The notes under the pieces were generated by a model. The model was not told where the DNA came from. It did not search any database and saw only the letters and a list, made by a program, of their open reading frames with translations. This document shows positions 1-10,429 of a DNA stretch of 64,000 bases, one piece after another. The translations under genes and the position numbers were made by a program. Within the stretch, counting starts at the first letter, position 1. Every line of letters starts with the position of its first letter. Origin of the DNA: Phoronis australis (taxonomy: Eukaryota; Animalia; Phoronida); the NCBI GenBank assembly GCA_002633005.1, contig NMRA01000218.1, positions 1 to 64,000 on the forward strand, read 5' to 3'.

Positions 1-120
1 TGCAAAATCTCTTATCCTGGGCCGATTTGAAAAATTCAAAATTGTACTCATATTTGTTTTCGCTCCTCTTTTCAAAAACTACTTGTAACTCTCTCCATAA
101 AAAGTACAGTCTGCTAGGTA

Positions 121-339
121 GATTGTAATCCGCTGATCATATCCGCATGAGCTCGTGACTCGATGAATAGAGCAGCTTGGCGGCATCCCTTTGATCGTGA
201 GCCGAGCGCGACTCAGCCAACGTGGATAAATACGGTGTAGTTCAATTTTCCATACCCCACCGTTTACCTTGACGACCGGGGTTAGGACCAATCTTATTTA
301 GTGGGACTGTTCATACCATGCTTAATTTGACTCTTGACA
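121..339 (+). promoter_or_regulatory. CpG-enriched putative promoter / 5' UTR of the RCCD1-like gene
   Basis: Local cluster of CpGs (e.g. gagccgagcgcgactc, gacgaccgggg) directly upstream of the ATG at 340 in otherwise CpG-poor DNA; the TSS cannot be determined. Confidence 0.35.
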
Positions 340-730
340 ATGGACATCTATTACTGTGGGTTTAGCAGATTTGGCCAAGTGCCAGCATGTCATTTTGGAA
401 CATGTGTTACAAGTCCAGTGAAAGTAAAATCCAATGTGAAGGAACTGACTCAGAAATCAATCTGTTTGTCGTGGAGTAATCTATTTTTAAACACAGTTGA
501 TGGCATTGAATTGGCTGTCTATGGCCGGCAGAACAATATTATAGCTCCTGTTGTGAGTAGTCTAGACTGTTTGGACGATGACTTGTTGACGGTGAATCTC
601 AATGGTGGATGTAGGAAGTATTGTGCTCCTTCATTTGATGAGTACGTGGATGTAGACCCTGGATATGGTGATGATGATGATAGGATACAAGATGTAGCTG
701 CAGGCGACATGCACAGTGTGGTGCTAACAG
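340..730 (+). CDS. RCCD1: RCCD1-like exon 1 ([13 protein letters not shown]...[11 protein letters not shown])
   Basis: ATG at 340; donor ACAG|gtattt at 731; phase 1. Confidence 0.85.
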
Positions 731-3700
731 GTATTTTGATGTCCAGACACTCATGGAAAATTGGTATATAGGATATGGGGCTTTCGTGAGGCCATGGCTG
801 CTTGGCTCATAAAACTTCTGCCATTGATAAAGAGTTGCAAAGCATTGTGCTCAATGTTCAAGGAGTTGGAAATGTGTCCGTGGCACACTTCTAAATTCTA
901 GCTTCAATCCCCTACTGTAAAGTGTAAACCCTAGTCCCTGGACAACACACGTGAATTCTGCTGTATAAATTCCATACCAGCACCCCTAAACTCACACACA
1001 TTGAATATTACTACATACCTGGTGATCAAACTCCTTACCCAAGGACAAAACTCTAGACCTGGACCATGTGTCCAGGTGTGGAATCAAGGGATTGCAGTTA
1101 GAATGTAGAAGCACTGTTATGACGTAATAACATGATGATTGTCTTTTAAAGCAGATTGACATAGTCAGCTGTCTTCATATTACACATTTCTCTTGTTTGG
1201 TGTCAACTTTAAATGACCGCAGATGACAATGTAGTCCATATAGTACATCGTTCCTGCAGTCTTTTATCTGGCATCTGGACTGTTCTATCGGGCGTCAAAG
1301 AATTTCTTAACCCCAATAGAACTGGATATGAATACATGAAGGTAAACACGCCCATATTGAAAACACTTGTCAACAAACCAAATTCATTAAATGGCTTGGG
1401 CAATTTGTCACTGTATTTCACTTTATTTTTGCCAGTTTTTTTGGTGCAAAGTTATTGCCAATGTGGCAATTGTGCTGCTCTACTCAAAAAGGACTTGGAC
1501 CAGCGTTCGTTCTATCAAGACTTGATGACCCGCATGGTTCTTGTACAGATCTATTGAAGAAGTACTGAGTGTTGTGAAACGGGTTGAGTTTCTAATAATC
1601 TTCTTGAAGTTTTCTCTGGAATTTAATTATATGCAGCCATGTACAGTCTGGACCAGGCTAGAGCAATGTGCTGGTATTGTCCTGTTCAGAAGTCATGTAG
1701 GAATGGGGTACACACTTTGTGCATGAGCAAACAAGCCAAATGATTTAGTTTATGGTAGAAATTCTTCAGCAGATAACCGGAATTTCATTTTGTCAAAATT
1801 TTCAACAAAATAACTTTAAAAAATTTTGCTTTCTTGTTTACACGGTTTTTATGGTACTGCTGTGAACAAATGCCATTTGCAGCCTTTGAAAATCAAAAAT
1901 ATCCATAACTATTTGTCTTAAATTGAAGAACTTTTTACCATACTAGATATATGTTAATGTGAATCGTGTTAGTAGCATGGATATGCTAGTGAGAAATTTT
2001 CATAAAAGTTTTGTGCTTATTTCAGAGAGTGGCTCTGTGAATTTGCTCACTGGAGAGACACCTGGTAATCGAAGTTTGAGGCTGTCACCATTAGCTCTTC
2101 CAGTGAAGATCAAGTCTGTGAGTTGTGGAAAGGAGCATGTGTTAATGTTGTCACAACTGGGGGATGTGTACAGTTTTGGTCTGGGGAGGTATGGTGAAAC
2201 TGTTCATGGCTGTACCATGTAAATAGCGGAGCTGAGTATATTGGATATAATAGCTATGCAACATGTTAGCAAACTGTGGTAATTTTTCACTAATCAGATG
2301 GACTAGTAAAATTATATTTTGTCAAATTTTTACCAAAATAAAGAGCAATAATACGTTGGTTTGTTACTAGTGTCGTTTGTATTTTGTAGACATCATTAAA
2401 CAGCATTTGGAAGGTTTCTATTGTGTATGAAAAGGAAAACAGAAAATGATGATTTTTGGCTGTTGTATTTGTTTGAAATAAGTGAAAAATTACTGTCCTT
2501 TCTCCTGAATTTTCGATGTCCTTTGATCTTTAATTCATTGCGAAACTACTGGCCTTAGCCATATAACAAAGCAAATGAGATTGGTATAATCAGTATGATA
2601 TATAGTTTATACACAGTGTTTATAATACCATATGTTTTACAATGTGTGACCACTCAGTATTCATTGAATTTTTTTTCAGTCGGGGTCAACTCGGTCTGGG
2701 ACAGATGACATCTCCTAAACTGGACATTGCAAGGGTCATTGAGGCTCTGCAAGGAGTGTCCATGCTGGCCATCTCGGCTGGAGGCTGGCATTCGGCGGCC
2801 ATTAGTGGTGAGGGTGTTAAGGTTGCTGATATTGTACTGATAGTTCAACAATATCGAAATAACCGTGCCATATTGAAATGCATTATCCCACCAGACGGGG
2901 ATCATGTCTTTGGTGGACAGGCATTCAGCACCACCTGCGGATTCCTTGTAATGTGGACTAAGGTTTCAACCTACTGGTATCAACAGCATTTTACTACCTT
3001 TCCTGCTATCATAATGCTGGCAAATTTCCACTACTGTGTGGTGGAGTGTACTAATGGCTTAGAGATAAAAGGCAACTCTTGAATTATTCCTGGAAAAAGG
3101 ACATCGTGTTGCTTACATTTGCCACTGCAGAGAAGATTCCACCCTGTGGTGTCAGGGCTGCGATTGATAAAGCTTGAGGATTTCAGTCCCAGCTGATGCC
3201 AAAAAGCTAAAACAAATAAGTGAACTTAATCTAGCGAGAGGGACTGACAGTGGGATTTATTACTGTTTTTAAATTAATAATCCACTATGTAGTAATTGAA
3301 TTTCTGTCCACCAAATATTAGTTGAGATCAATCGGATGTCACGTTCATGTTCTCATTACTTTAGAGAGTGCCATTGTAAAAAGTGCACTGTTCAATTTTT
3401 TCTTTTCCCTATGCGTTTATTCCTGACAGATTGAATGTGGTTATGTTTTTTCCTATATCAATGTAAAGCAATGTAAAAAAGTGTTTTGTAGGTTTCTGTT
3501 TTCATAACCGTAATTTAATATGCTGTAGACATTTGTCCCATATGAAAGTCCCACTATCAAGAAAAAGTCCCAAAGGGAGATTTTTACTAACGAGATGTGG
3601 GGAAGACATCCATAATTTAACAATTATTCTATCTTAAAGGACCTTTGAAATATTTCAATTTTTTTATTTTTTAGCATTTATTTCAAAATAACATAAGTTC

Positions 3701-6700
3701 AAAGACATTTCCCCAATGACACATCACACACAACACCAACTCTTACGCCATTTCCCAAAAACCTGATTACACTATAAAACCAAAATACTTGTCTCATCAG
3801 CATTTCATATTAAAGGTTGAAAAACCTGACCATTTTTGGACAAATAGGAGTGGTCCTATCCATTTATATTGTTTTTTTTTCAAAAGTGACATAAATTGCT
3901 AGTTCCATTTTGAAAATATTATGGTTGGAGGTTCTGTTTTTAACTGTGTACAAAAGAAAGTGTTTCAGTTTCATCTGAAAGGTTGCCAGACTTCTGTTCT
4001 CTTACAATTCTCAACCTGCCGTTAAAGTGAAACCTTCCTCCAAATGTGTGCCATACAAGTCCATGGCTGAATGGGGGTTTTGTGGGTGACGATATAAGTT
4101 TTCAAAAGAGCCCATCATATTTTTCCGAAAGACCTCATGGGGGAGGGCTCGTTTTGGATACAGTCATGTCAGTAAATTAGAAATCCATGATATACACAAA
4201 TTCTAGTTGCCGTCTAAGAGAATCGGTTCCTACATTGTATTGGACAGAGGTTGTGTGCTAGGTCCAGGCTCTCGAAACTTATTGCTATTCTAGCGTATTG
4301 GAATATACAAAACTGACCATCGTGTGTGGTGATTTTGATTAATTATGCATCAATAATTCTTTTTCAATTCATTTTATTATGCGCCCACATATTTATATGT
4401 GGACGCATTATGCCGTCATCTCCGTCCGTACGGGCGGCGTCCGTCTGGCGTCCGGCGTCCGCTGCTCTATCTCCAAAACCCTTTGACATACGTTCATGAA
4501 ATTTGGCACATATGTTCCATTCATGAATGTGACGGCATGTGCGAACTTTCGGACGGATCCGACTACCGGTGTGCCCCCTAGTGGCAATTTNNNNNNNNNN
4601 NNNNNNNNNNNNNNNNNNNNNNNNNNNNNNNNNNNNNNNNNNNNNNNNNNNNNNNNNNNNNNNNNNNNNNNNNNNNNNNNNNNNNNNNNNNNNNNNNNNN
4701 NNNNNNNNNNNNNNNNNNNNNNNNNNNNNNNNNNNNNNNNNNNNNNNNNNNNNNNNNNNNNNNNNNNNNNNNNNNNNNNNNNNNNNNNNNNNNNNNNNNN
4801 NNNNNNNNNNNNNNNNNNNNNNNNNNNNNNNNNNNNNNNNNNNNNNNNNNNNNNNNNNNNNNNNNNNNNNNNNNNNNNNNNNNNNNNNNNNNNNNNNNNN
4901 NNNNNNNNNNNNNNNNNNNNNNNNNNNNNNNNNNNNNNNNNNNNNNNNNNNNNNNNNNNNNNNNNNNNNNNNNNNNNNNNNNNNNNNNNNNNNNNNNNNN
5001 NNNNNNNNNNNNNNNNNNNNNNNNNNNNNNNNNNNNNNNNNNNNNNNNNNNNNNNNNNNNNNNNNNNNNNNNNNNNNNNNNNNNNNNNNNNNNNNNNNNN
5101 NNNNNNNNNNNNNNNNNNNNNNNNNNNNNNNNNNNNNNNNNNNNNNNNNNNNNNNNNNNNNNNNNNNNNNNNNNNNNNNNNNNNNNNNNNNNNNNNNNNN
5201 NNNNNNNNNNNNNNNNNNNNNNNNNNNNNNNNNNNNNNNNNNTAGGATGTGCTTGTATTATGAAGATTACTCACATTTTGCCCCTAGCCTATTGAGGAGA
5301 CAATGACCATGCCTTTCCATTTTGCAAAGTATGCCCTCTGCTGGCCACTTTATGGTACCAATAAACAACCCTAGAAGGATACCGTATGCGGTGCAATTGT
5401 GGGCGCATTTCAACGCTCCGCGTTGCTCTTGTTATATTAGTACTTGTGAGTTGAGCTAGACTTGGGCTGTGCATGAATTATTTTTTGTTCTTCACCCAGT
5501 TGCTCTGTCCCTAATTAAAGTAAAAAAGTTTTGGTAAGATTTTGAAAAAAATTCCAGGTATGGTTAGAAGTGGACCAAGTGGATTTTTCTGAATGATCCC
5601 TGGTGTTAGAGCTATACGATGGCTTTTTGGTGCAAAGAATTACGTAGTACGATTAGACATGTTGTAACATTGCATTAGTGAACTGTGTTAGCACTTATGC
5701 TGTGAGACTCCAGCAGTTGTGATAATTGACAATATATCAATACTGCTACAGCTTGAGTGTTTTGTAATGGACTTTATTAAACTTGGTTTATTACTTAATA
5801 TTCTTTATTTTCAGAATTTGGTGATATTTACATGTGGGGTTGGAATGAGTCAGGGCAGCTGGGGTTTCCGTGCAAGTCACTCCGTGAAGGCTCAGACAGA
5901 GAGAGTGAGGTGATTGGTATCGAGAGTATTCCTCGACTGCTTGACCTCGGTGATGTCACCGTCAACTCCGTCAGTTGTGGGTCCAGGCACACAGCGTGTT
6001 CTACAGGTGAAAGATTAGTGAAATATTTAAAGTTCTACTGAAAAAGTTCTGTAGGCTGGTCGAACTCATTACTATATTGTACATGGCATAAGTAAGTGGA
6101 AGAAATAACCCAATAATCCTCAGCAGTTTGCGCTTCATTGAATAGCAAGACTATATGACATAGTTTTGCCGTTTCACACCCAGTCAAATAAAATTGATGA
6201 CAAAAACATTATTAATAATTAGGTCAGATTCATATACTACTGTAAATTACTAAGCACTTTGAAAATTGTTTAATGACTATGGATATTGTCTATGTTAATC
6301 CTTCTCAACATCCGAGAGAACATACATGAGTGCAACCATTATCAGAGCACACCGATTAATACAAACACCTAATTTTGAAAAAAATTCAAGTACTAAAATT
6401 GCCCCTATGGTTACCTGCAATTTTTTGATGTGCTAGTGGACTTCTTTTATATTTGTGGGTCTAAATCACAATGGCAGATACATCATTCACTAAACATTGA
6501 CAAGCAAGACTGTATCTGCCCAGTTTTGTCAATTTCCTGGTATCAGCTCTGGAGCTCACACTACAACAATGCTAGCAACAGAACAGTGATAATACAATAA
6601 TTTCACCAAATAACAGCCCACATGTCAGCCAAGGGTTACAGCCCGACACGAGTAGCTTTGTGGGTTAATATTGTTGAATTCAGACTGGTTGTGTGGTGAT

Positions 6701-7010
6701 TCCGAACAGGCCTGTTGGTTTGTAACTAATAGTTAGCTAATGTCACTAGCTACCAGTGTTGACGTTTACACATTTCAATATTTGTATCACTTTCATTCCA
6801 GAATGTGGAAAGATTTTCACATGGGGCTGGAATGAGTATGGGCAGCTTTGCCATGGAGATACAGTGACAAGAGATGAACCAACAATGGTTGAGTACTTTA
6901 CTAGGTCCAGGATAGTGTTTGTTCAATGTGGTGGTTGGGGAACAGTTGCAATAACAGATAATTCAGTGAGGGACAGTTGTATGATGGATGGTGCAGAGGC
7001 AGTGCTGTGA
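340..7010 (+). CDS. RCCD1: RCC1 domain-containing protein 1-like, complete gene: join(340..730,2026..2188,2680..2807,5815..6006,6802..7010), 360 aa
   Basis: All four introns are GT-AG with matching phases (1,2,1,1); 1083 nt open to TGA. RCC1/BLIP-II repeats: [85 protein letters not shown]. The N-terminal CGFSRFGQ and the [10 protein letters not shown] motif fit RCCD1. Confidence 0.88.
2026..2188 (+). CDS. RCCD1: RCCD1-like exon 2
   Basis: Acceptor ttatttcag|, donor GAG|gtatgg; RCC1 repeat [11 protein letters not shown]. Confidence 0.9.
2680..2807 (+). CDS. RCCD1: RCCD1-like exon 3
   Basis: Acceptor ttttttcag|, donor AGTG|gtgagg; RGQLGLG...[12 protein letters not shown]. Confidence 0.9.
4375..5432 (+). 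mobile_element. Helentron-associated interspersed element (HINE, DINE-1-like), spans an assembly gap
   Basis: 5' subterminal inverted repeat atgcgcccaca..tgtggacgcat, (GTCC/GTCT)-like microsatellite, atgaaatttggcaca motif, 3' repeat tgtgggcgcat plus stem-loop caacgctccgcgttg, T-rich ends; an inverted copy lies at 56374..56940. Confidence 0.75.
4591..5242. other. Assembly gap (N run)
   Basis: Run of N inside the HINE. Confidence 1.
5815..6006 (+). CDS. RCCD1: RCCD1-like exon 4
   Basis: Acceptor ttttcag|, donor ACAG|gtgaaa; [17 protein letters not shown]...[12 protein letters not shown]. Confidence 0.92.
6802..7010 (+). CDS. RCCD1: RCCD1-like exon 5 (last coding exon)
   Basis: Acceptor ttcattccag|; [20 protein letters not shown]...CGGWGT; TGA stop. 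Confidence 0.92.
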
Positions 7011-7836
7011 TTGGTTACATTAGATACTGCTATAGCTCTTTACCAAGTCTTGGGTAACATTTATGCAGTGTGGTGGATAGGAACCAGAAGCTGTAACAGA
7101 CAGTCCTGTGACGGACAGTGCAGTGACAAATGTAGTGAAGCGCCATCTATTGCGTGCTAACGTGAAACTAGCCGATTCGTGTGTGTTTTTGCTGTAATAG
7201 AAGACTCCACGATTAAACTAGTTGTGTTAATATTCGAATAGTTGACTTTACTACGGCTTACTACAAGGGACAGTGCTGTGACAGACAGTCCTGTGGCAGA
7301 GCTATAGATACGGCTATAATAGGTGTCACTGTTAAAACTCTGTCAACAGTCAAACTTTTAAAGCTACTGGCAGATGTGCATCAACAGTCATGTACAATTC
7401 CAAAGTTGACACTGAACGGTGACAAAATACTGGTCTTTTGTGCGTCAGTTTCTCAGAAATGTACAGTATGCGTTTACTGAACTCGTTTTGCCAGTTTTAA
7501 AAACTCAAGTAGGAGTCGGCGTTCTCGTGAGTCTGAACAATGTGCCGTTGTCAACACAAACAAAAACTGAACAGCGTTAGCCTGACTGCCACTCAGCTGA
7601 ATGAAAAACAAATGTTCAAGAATCAGCAATATGTCGAGAGTGACCCGCTTGGCTACCAGTGATTCTGGGGTTGACGTGCAATTCGATGTTTCATGTTCCA
7701 GTATGCCGCAGGGCAGGTGTGAGAAGGCCAAACAGACCTTTGGGGCCCAAGTGGCAGTAAAACGGATGAAGAAAATTCTAATCCAAAGCATGCTCATGGT
7801 GTGCTATGTAATATGATCCTTCGTATGGATATGTAT

Positions 7837-7842
7837 AATAAA
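7837..7842 (+). terminator. Candidate polyadenylation signal (AATAAA) of the RCCD1-like gene
   Basis: AATAAA about 830 nt after the stop codon. Confidence 0.4.
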
Positions 7843-7870
7843 AACTATAATTCAATTATCTGTGTCTATT

Positions 7871-8107
7871 AGAGGAGGCAGTGTGGCGTGGTTGATAAGT
7901 GCCCGCTTTCTTTACTCGAGGTCGTGGGTTCGAGTCCCACCATGTCACACTGCTTAACACTTGAGCCAGATTTCTAGCTCCTCAGCTCAGTTTTAACCAT
8001 ATATTAATAAAGCATAAAAATAGTTCCATGTGACCAGTGCAATGGGCCCACATGCGAGGCCTGTGTACGTCTGGTACGTGTATCAGACCAAATGCAATTG
8101 TTTTTTT
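7871..8107 (+). mobile_element. tRNA-derived SINE with 15-bp target-site duplication
   Basis: A box TGGCGTGGTTG, B box GGTTCGAGTCC, T-rich tail; flanked by ttatctgtgtctatt at 7856..7870 and 8108..8122; second copy at 34552..34791. Confidence 0.85.
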
Positions 8108-9077
8108 TTATCTGTGTCTATTCAATCACGTAGCAATAATTACTGTTTGTGGTTCTAGAGTGCCTAACGAACAAAACGCTACACAAGCTGACATATTTGA
8201 GGGACGAAATGATCGCTAAATAACCAGTTGCCTTAGTTAAGCGCATGTGATCAAAATAGAACTAAAATCACACAGAAATCCGAGTCTCGTGCTTTACAGA
8301 ACACTCGACAGTTTTTCTCATTTTAGCCTCCCCTAGCAGGATGAACTGAGGGAAAGTCATTTCTTTTCTACAAAATAACCACTAAATATGAAACCTGTGC
8401 AGGTACTGACCATACCTTGCCTACAGCTTAAAAAATTGCATTCAAAGTGTGTTGCTATTATGACCACGGCAAACCTAGCTGGCCATGCCGAAAAACGAGC
8501 AACTAATTCATGGTTGTTTCCAACCCATAGCCTCGACTTGCATGCAACATGACTACTTGCCACCAACAGAACTCAAGAGTGCCAAAACATTCCAAATTCA
8601 AAAAAGTGTAGACAGCAGTTGCCAACTAGACTGTCTGTTTGCCAACCAGTGAAGTCTGGGGGATGACTGAATTTTCAACCATTACTTGACTTGCCACCAA
8701 GAAGTGGTTGAGTAGTGCTGAACAAACTGTCATGGTTGCACTGAATTTACTTTTCCCTCTTAATTGGGTGGTACCCCATAGTTCGTCAACCATCAAATGC
8801 ATCCTCCTTCAGGACTTTAATCCCTTTAATCTACACACTGAGCCTAGTACATTTCTGCTTTCATCACAATAAAGACGCTTAGGGTTTGAGATGCAAAATT
8901 TAAGATTTGCAATTTATGTAAGGAGCATAGGTTTGTCTTAGGCATTAAAATGAAATTGAATAAAAAAATAAACTTTGCAACCTTGCAGGTAAGATTCGTG
9001 CAAAACGTTTTTGTCTTTTAAAAGATTGTGAAGTTGGAAATTGTCCCTAAATAACAAACGATAATATTGTCTTAGTT

Positions 9078-9083
9078 TTTATT
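9078..9083 (-). terminator. Candidate polyadenylation signal of the ADGRA gene (3' UTR about 1.35 kb)
   Basis: AATAAA on the - strand followed by a GU/U-rich stretch (cgtttgttattt). Confidence 0.45.
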
Positions 9084-9462
9084 AAAATTATTCTAAAAAC
9101 ATGCAAAAGTAATAAATATTTTGTGAACACTAAATACACTTAGCATACTAGAACACAGCAAAGTCACATTTATCTATAAAATCATGCATTTATACAGTTA
9201 TAACCACTGGCAATTTGGCATCTGTGAAACTTAAGTAGATTAGGTAGATGCAACCTTGCAAATTTTAACATTTCAAGACTAGAAAAATTAACGGCCTAAA
9301 CAACGAGCCTTGCATCAATTCAAATGTAAACGTACAAAATAAACATGGCTACAGCCGAGCTGATATTTTTGGTGTAATTCCTGGACTTAGAACAACACAA
9401 CCATTAAAAAACACTAAAACATTGTGGAGATCAATCAATCGGAACACGGGACATTTTGCAAA

Positions 9463-9652
9463 ATTATCACCAGAAATGACCAGTCACAAAACTAAATAAA
9501 CCAATAATTGTAAAGGTATGAGTAATACATATTTCGAATATTACTGAAATGGTAAGATTATCACCAGAATGACCAGTCAAAAAACTAATTAAAAAACCCA
9601 ATAACTGTAAAGGTATGTGTAATACATATTTCAAATATTACTGAAATGGTAA
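9463..9652. repeat. Tandem duplication, 2 x ~94 bp
   Basis: attatcaccaga..tgaccagtca..tgtaaaggtatg..ttactgaaatggtaa starts at 9463 and again at 9557. Confidence 0.9.
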
Positions 9653-9963
9653 AACCAATCGGGGGAAATGACAGAACAGAAACCGTTTCTGCTTTGCACT
9701 ATTTTGGCAAAAGAATTTTCTTCCACGTGGCGAATTTACTAGTTGTTGAAGGTCTACTATTTTTGCTGTCTTCTACAGCACTAGAATGACTCCAGTTGTT
9801 ACAAATAGGAGATCAATAAGGTTTCAAAACAGCAAATGAGTGTTACAAGCAAAAACTGTAGACTGAGAATTCACCAATTGTTTGTGTGCCTACAAATATT
9901 TTTCCACTGTTACATTTTTTGCACAGATCTAACTAGTTAGAAGTTCAGTTGAAAAAATGGCAA

Positions 9964-10031
9964 TAGTCACTTACAAGGGTCCCAGATTGTGAGAACTAGT
10001 TCTCAAAATGCAGGACCCTTGTAAGTGGCTA
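9964..10031. repeat. Near-perfect ~68-bp palindrome in the ADGRA 3' UTR
   Basis: gtcacttacaagggtcccagattgtgagaact|agttctcaaaatgcaggacccttgtaagtggc; 27 of 32 arm positions complementary, centred on ACTAGT. Confidence 0.85.
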
Positions 10032-10429
10032 ATACCGAAAAAGCACCGATGAAGTTGCTTTCAGTTGCCTACATTAGACAATTATTCAAACATAATTACA
10101 CTATGATCTAATGCAGCTTGATGCCACAATATTTGAAAATTAGAGGGAGGATACTTAATCAGCTAAACCATTCCAAATTTTTAGGTTCAGACCTCAGTCA
10201 TACAGACAACCTTCTACATGTTACTGTTGCATGTGAACCTGACAATTCTATAAATAGTTTTCCATAAATAAAAGGATTTAGAACTGATAAAAGATACATA
10301 AAACTATGAAAAAATAAAAATGTTTTGGTTTAGATTCAAACAACAACAAAAGACTAGTAGGCGGCCTTCACCTTGAAGGTTGTCTGCTTCCACGACCTTA
10401 ACTCCACCTTTAGGTGATATAACAAACTA

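Noticed and set aside
79-291. 70-aa - strand ORF and a possible donor (aag|gtaaac near 265) of a divergent gene
   Set aside because: No recognisable protein motif and no second exon visible in the window
886-1113. Imperfect inverted repeat in RCCD1 intron 1
   Set aside because: About 20/24 match only; probably an old MITE, with no TSD or second copy to support it
1213-1557. 114-aa intronic ORF as an extra RCCD1 exon
   Set aside because: No RCC1 motif; exons 1 and 2 already join in frame
4408-5306. Long ORFs in the ORF track (also 28829..29461)
   Set aside because: Artefacts of translating N runs
7871-7945. tRNA gene (also at 34552 and 26440)
   Set aside because: No intact cloverleaf; at 7871 and 34552 it continues into a shared body with tail and TSD, so these are SINE heads
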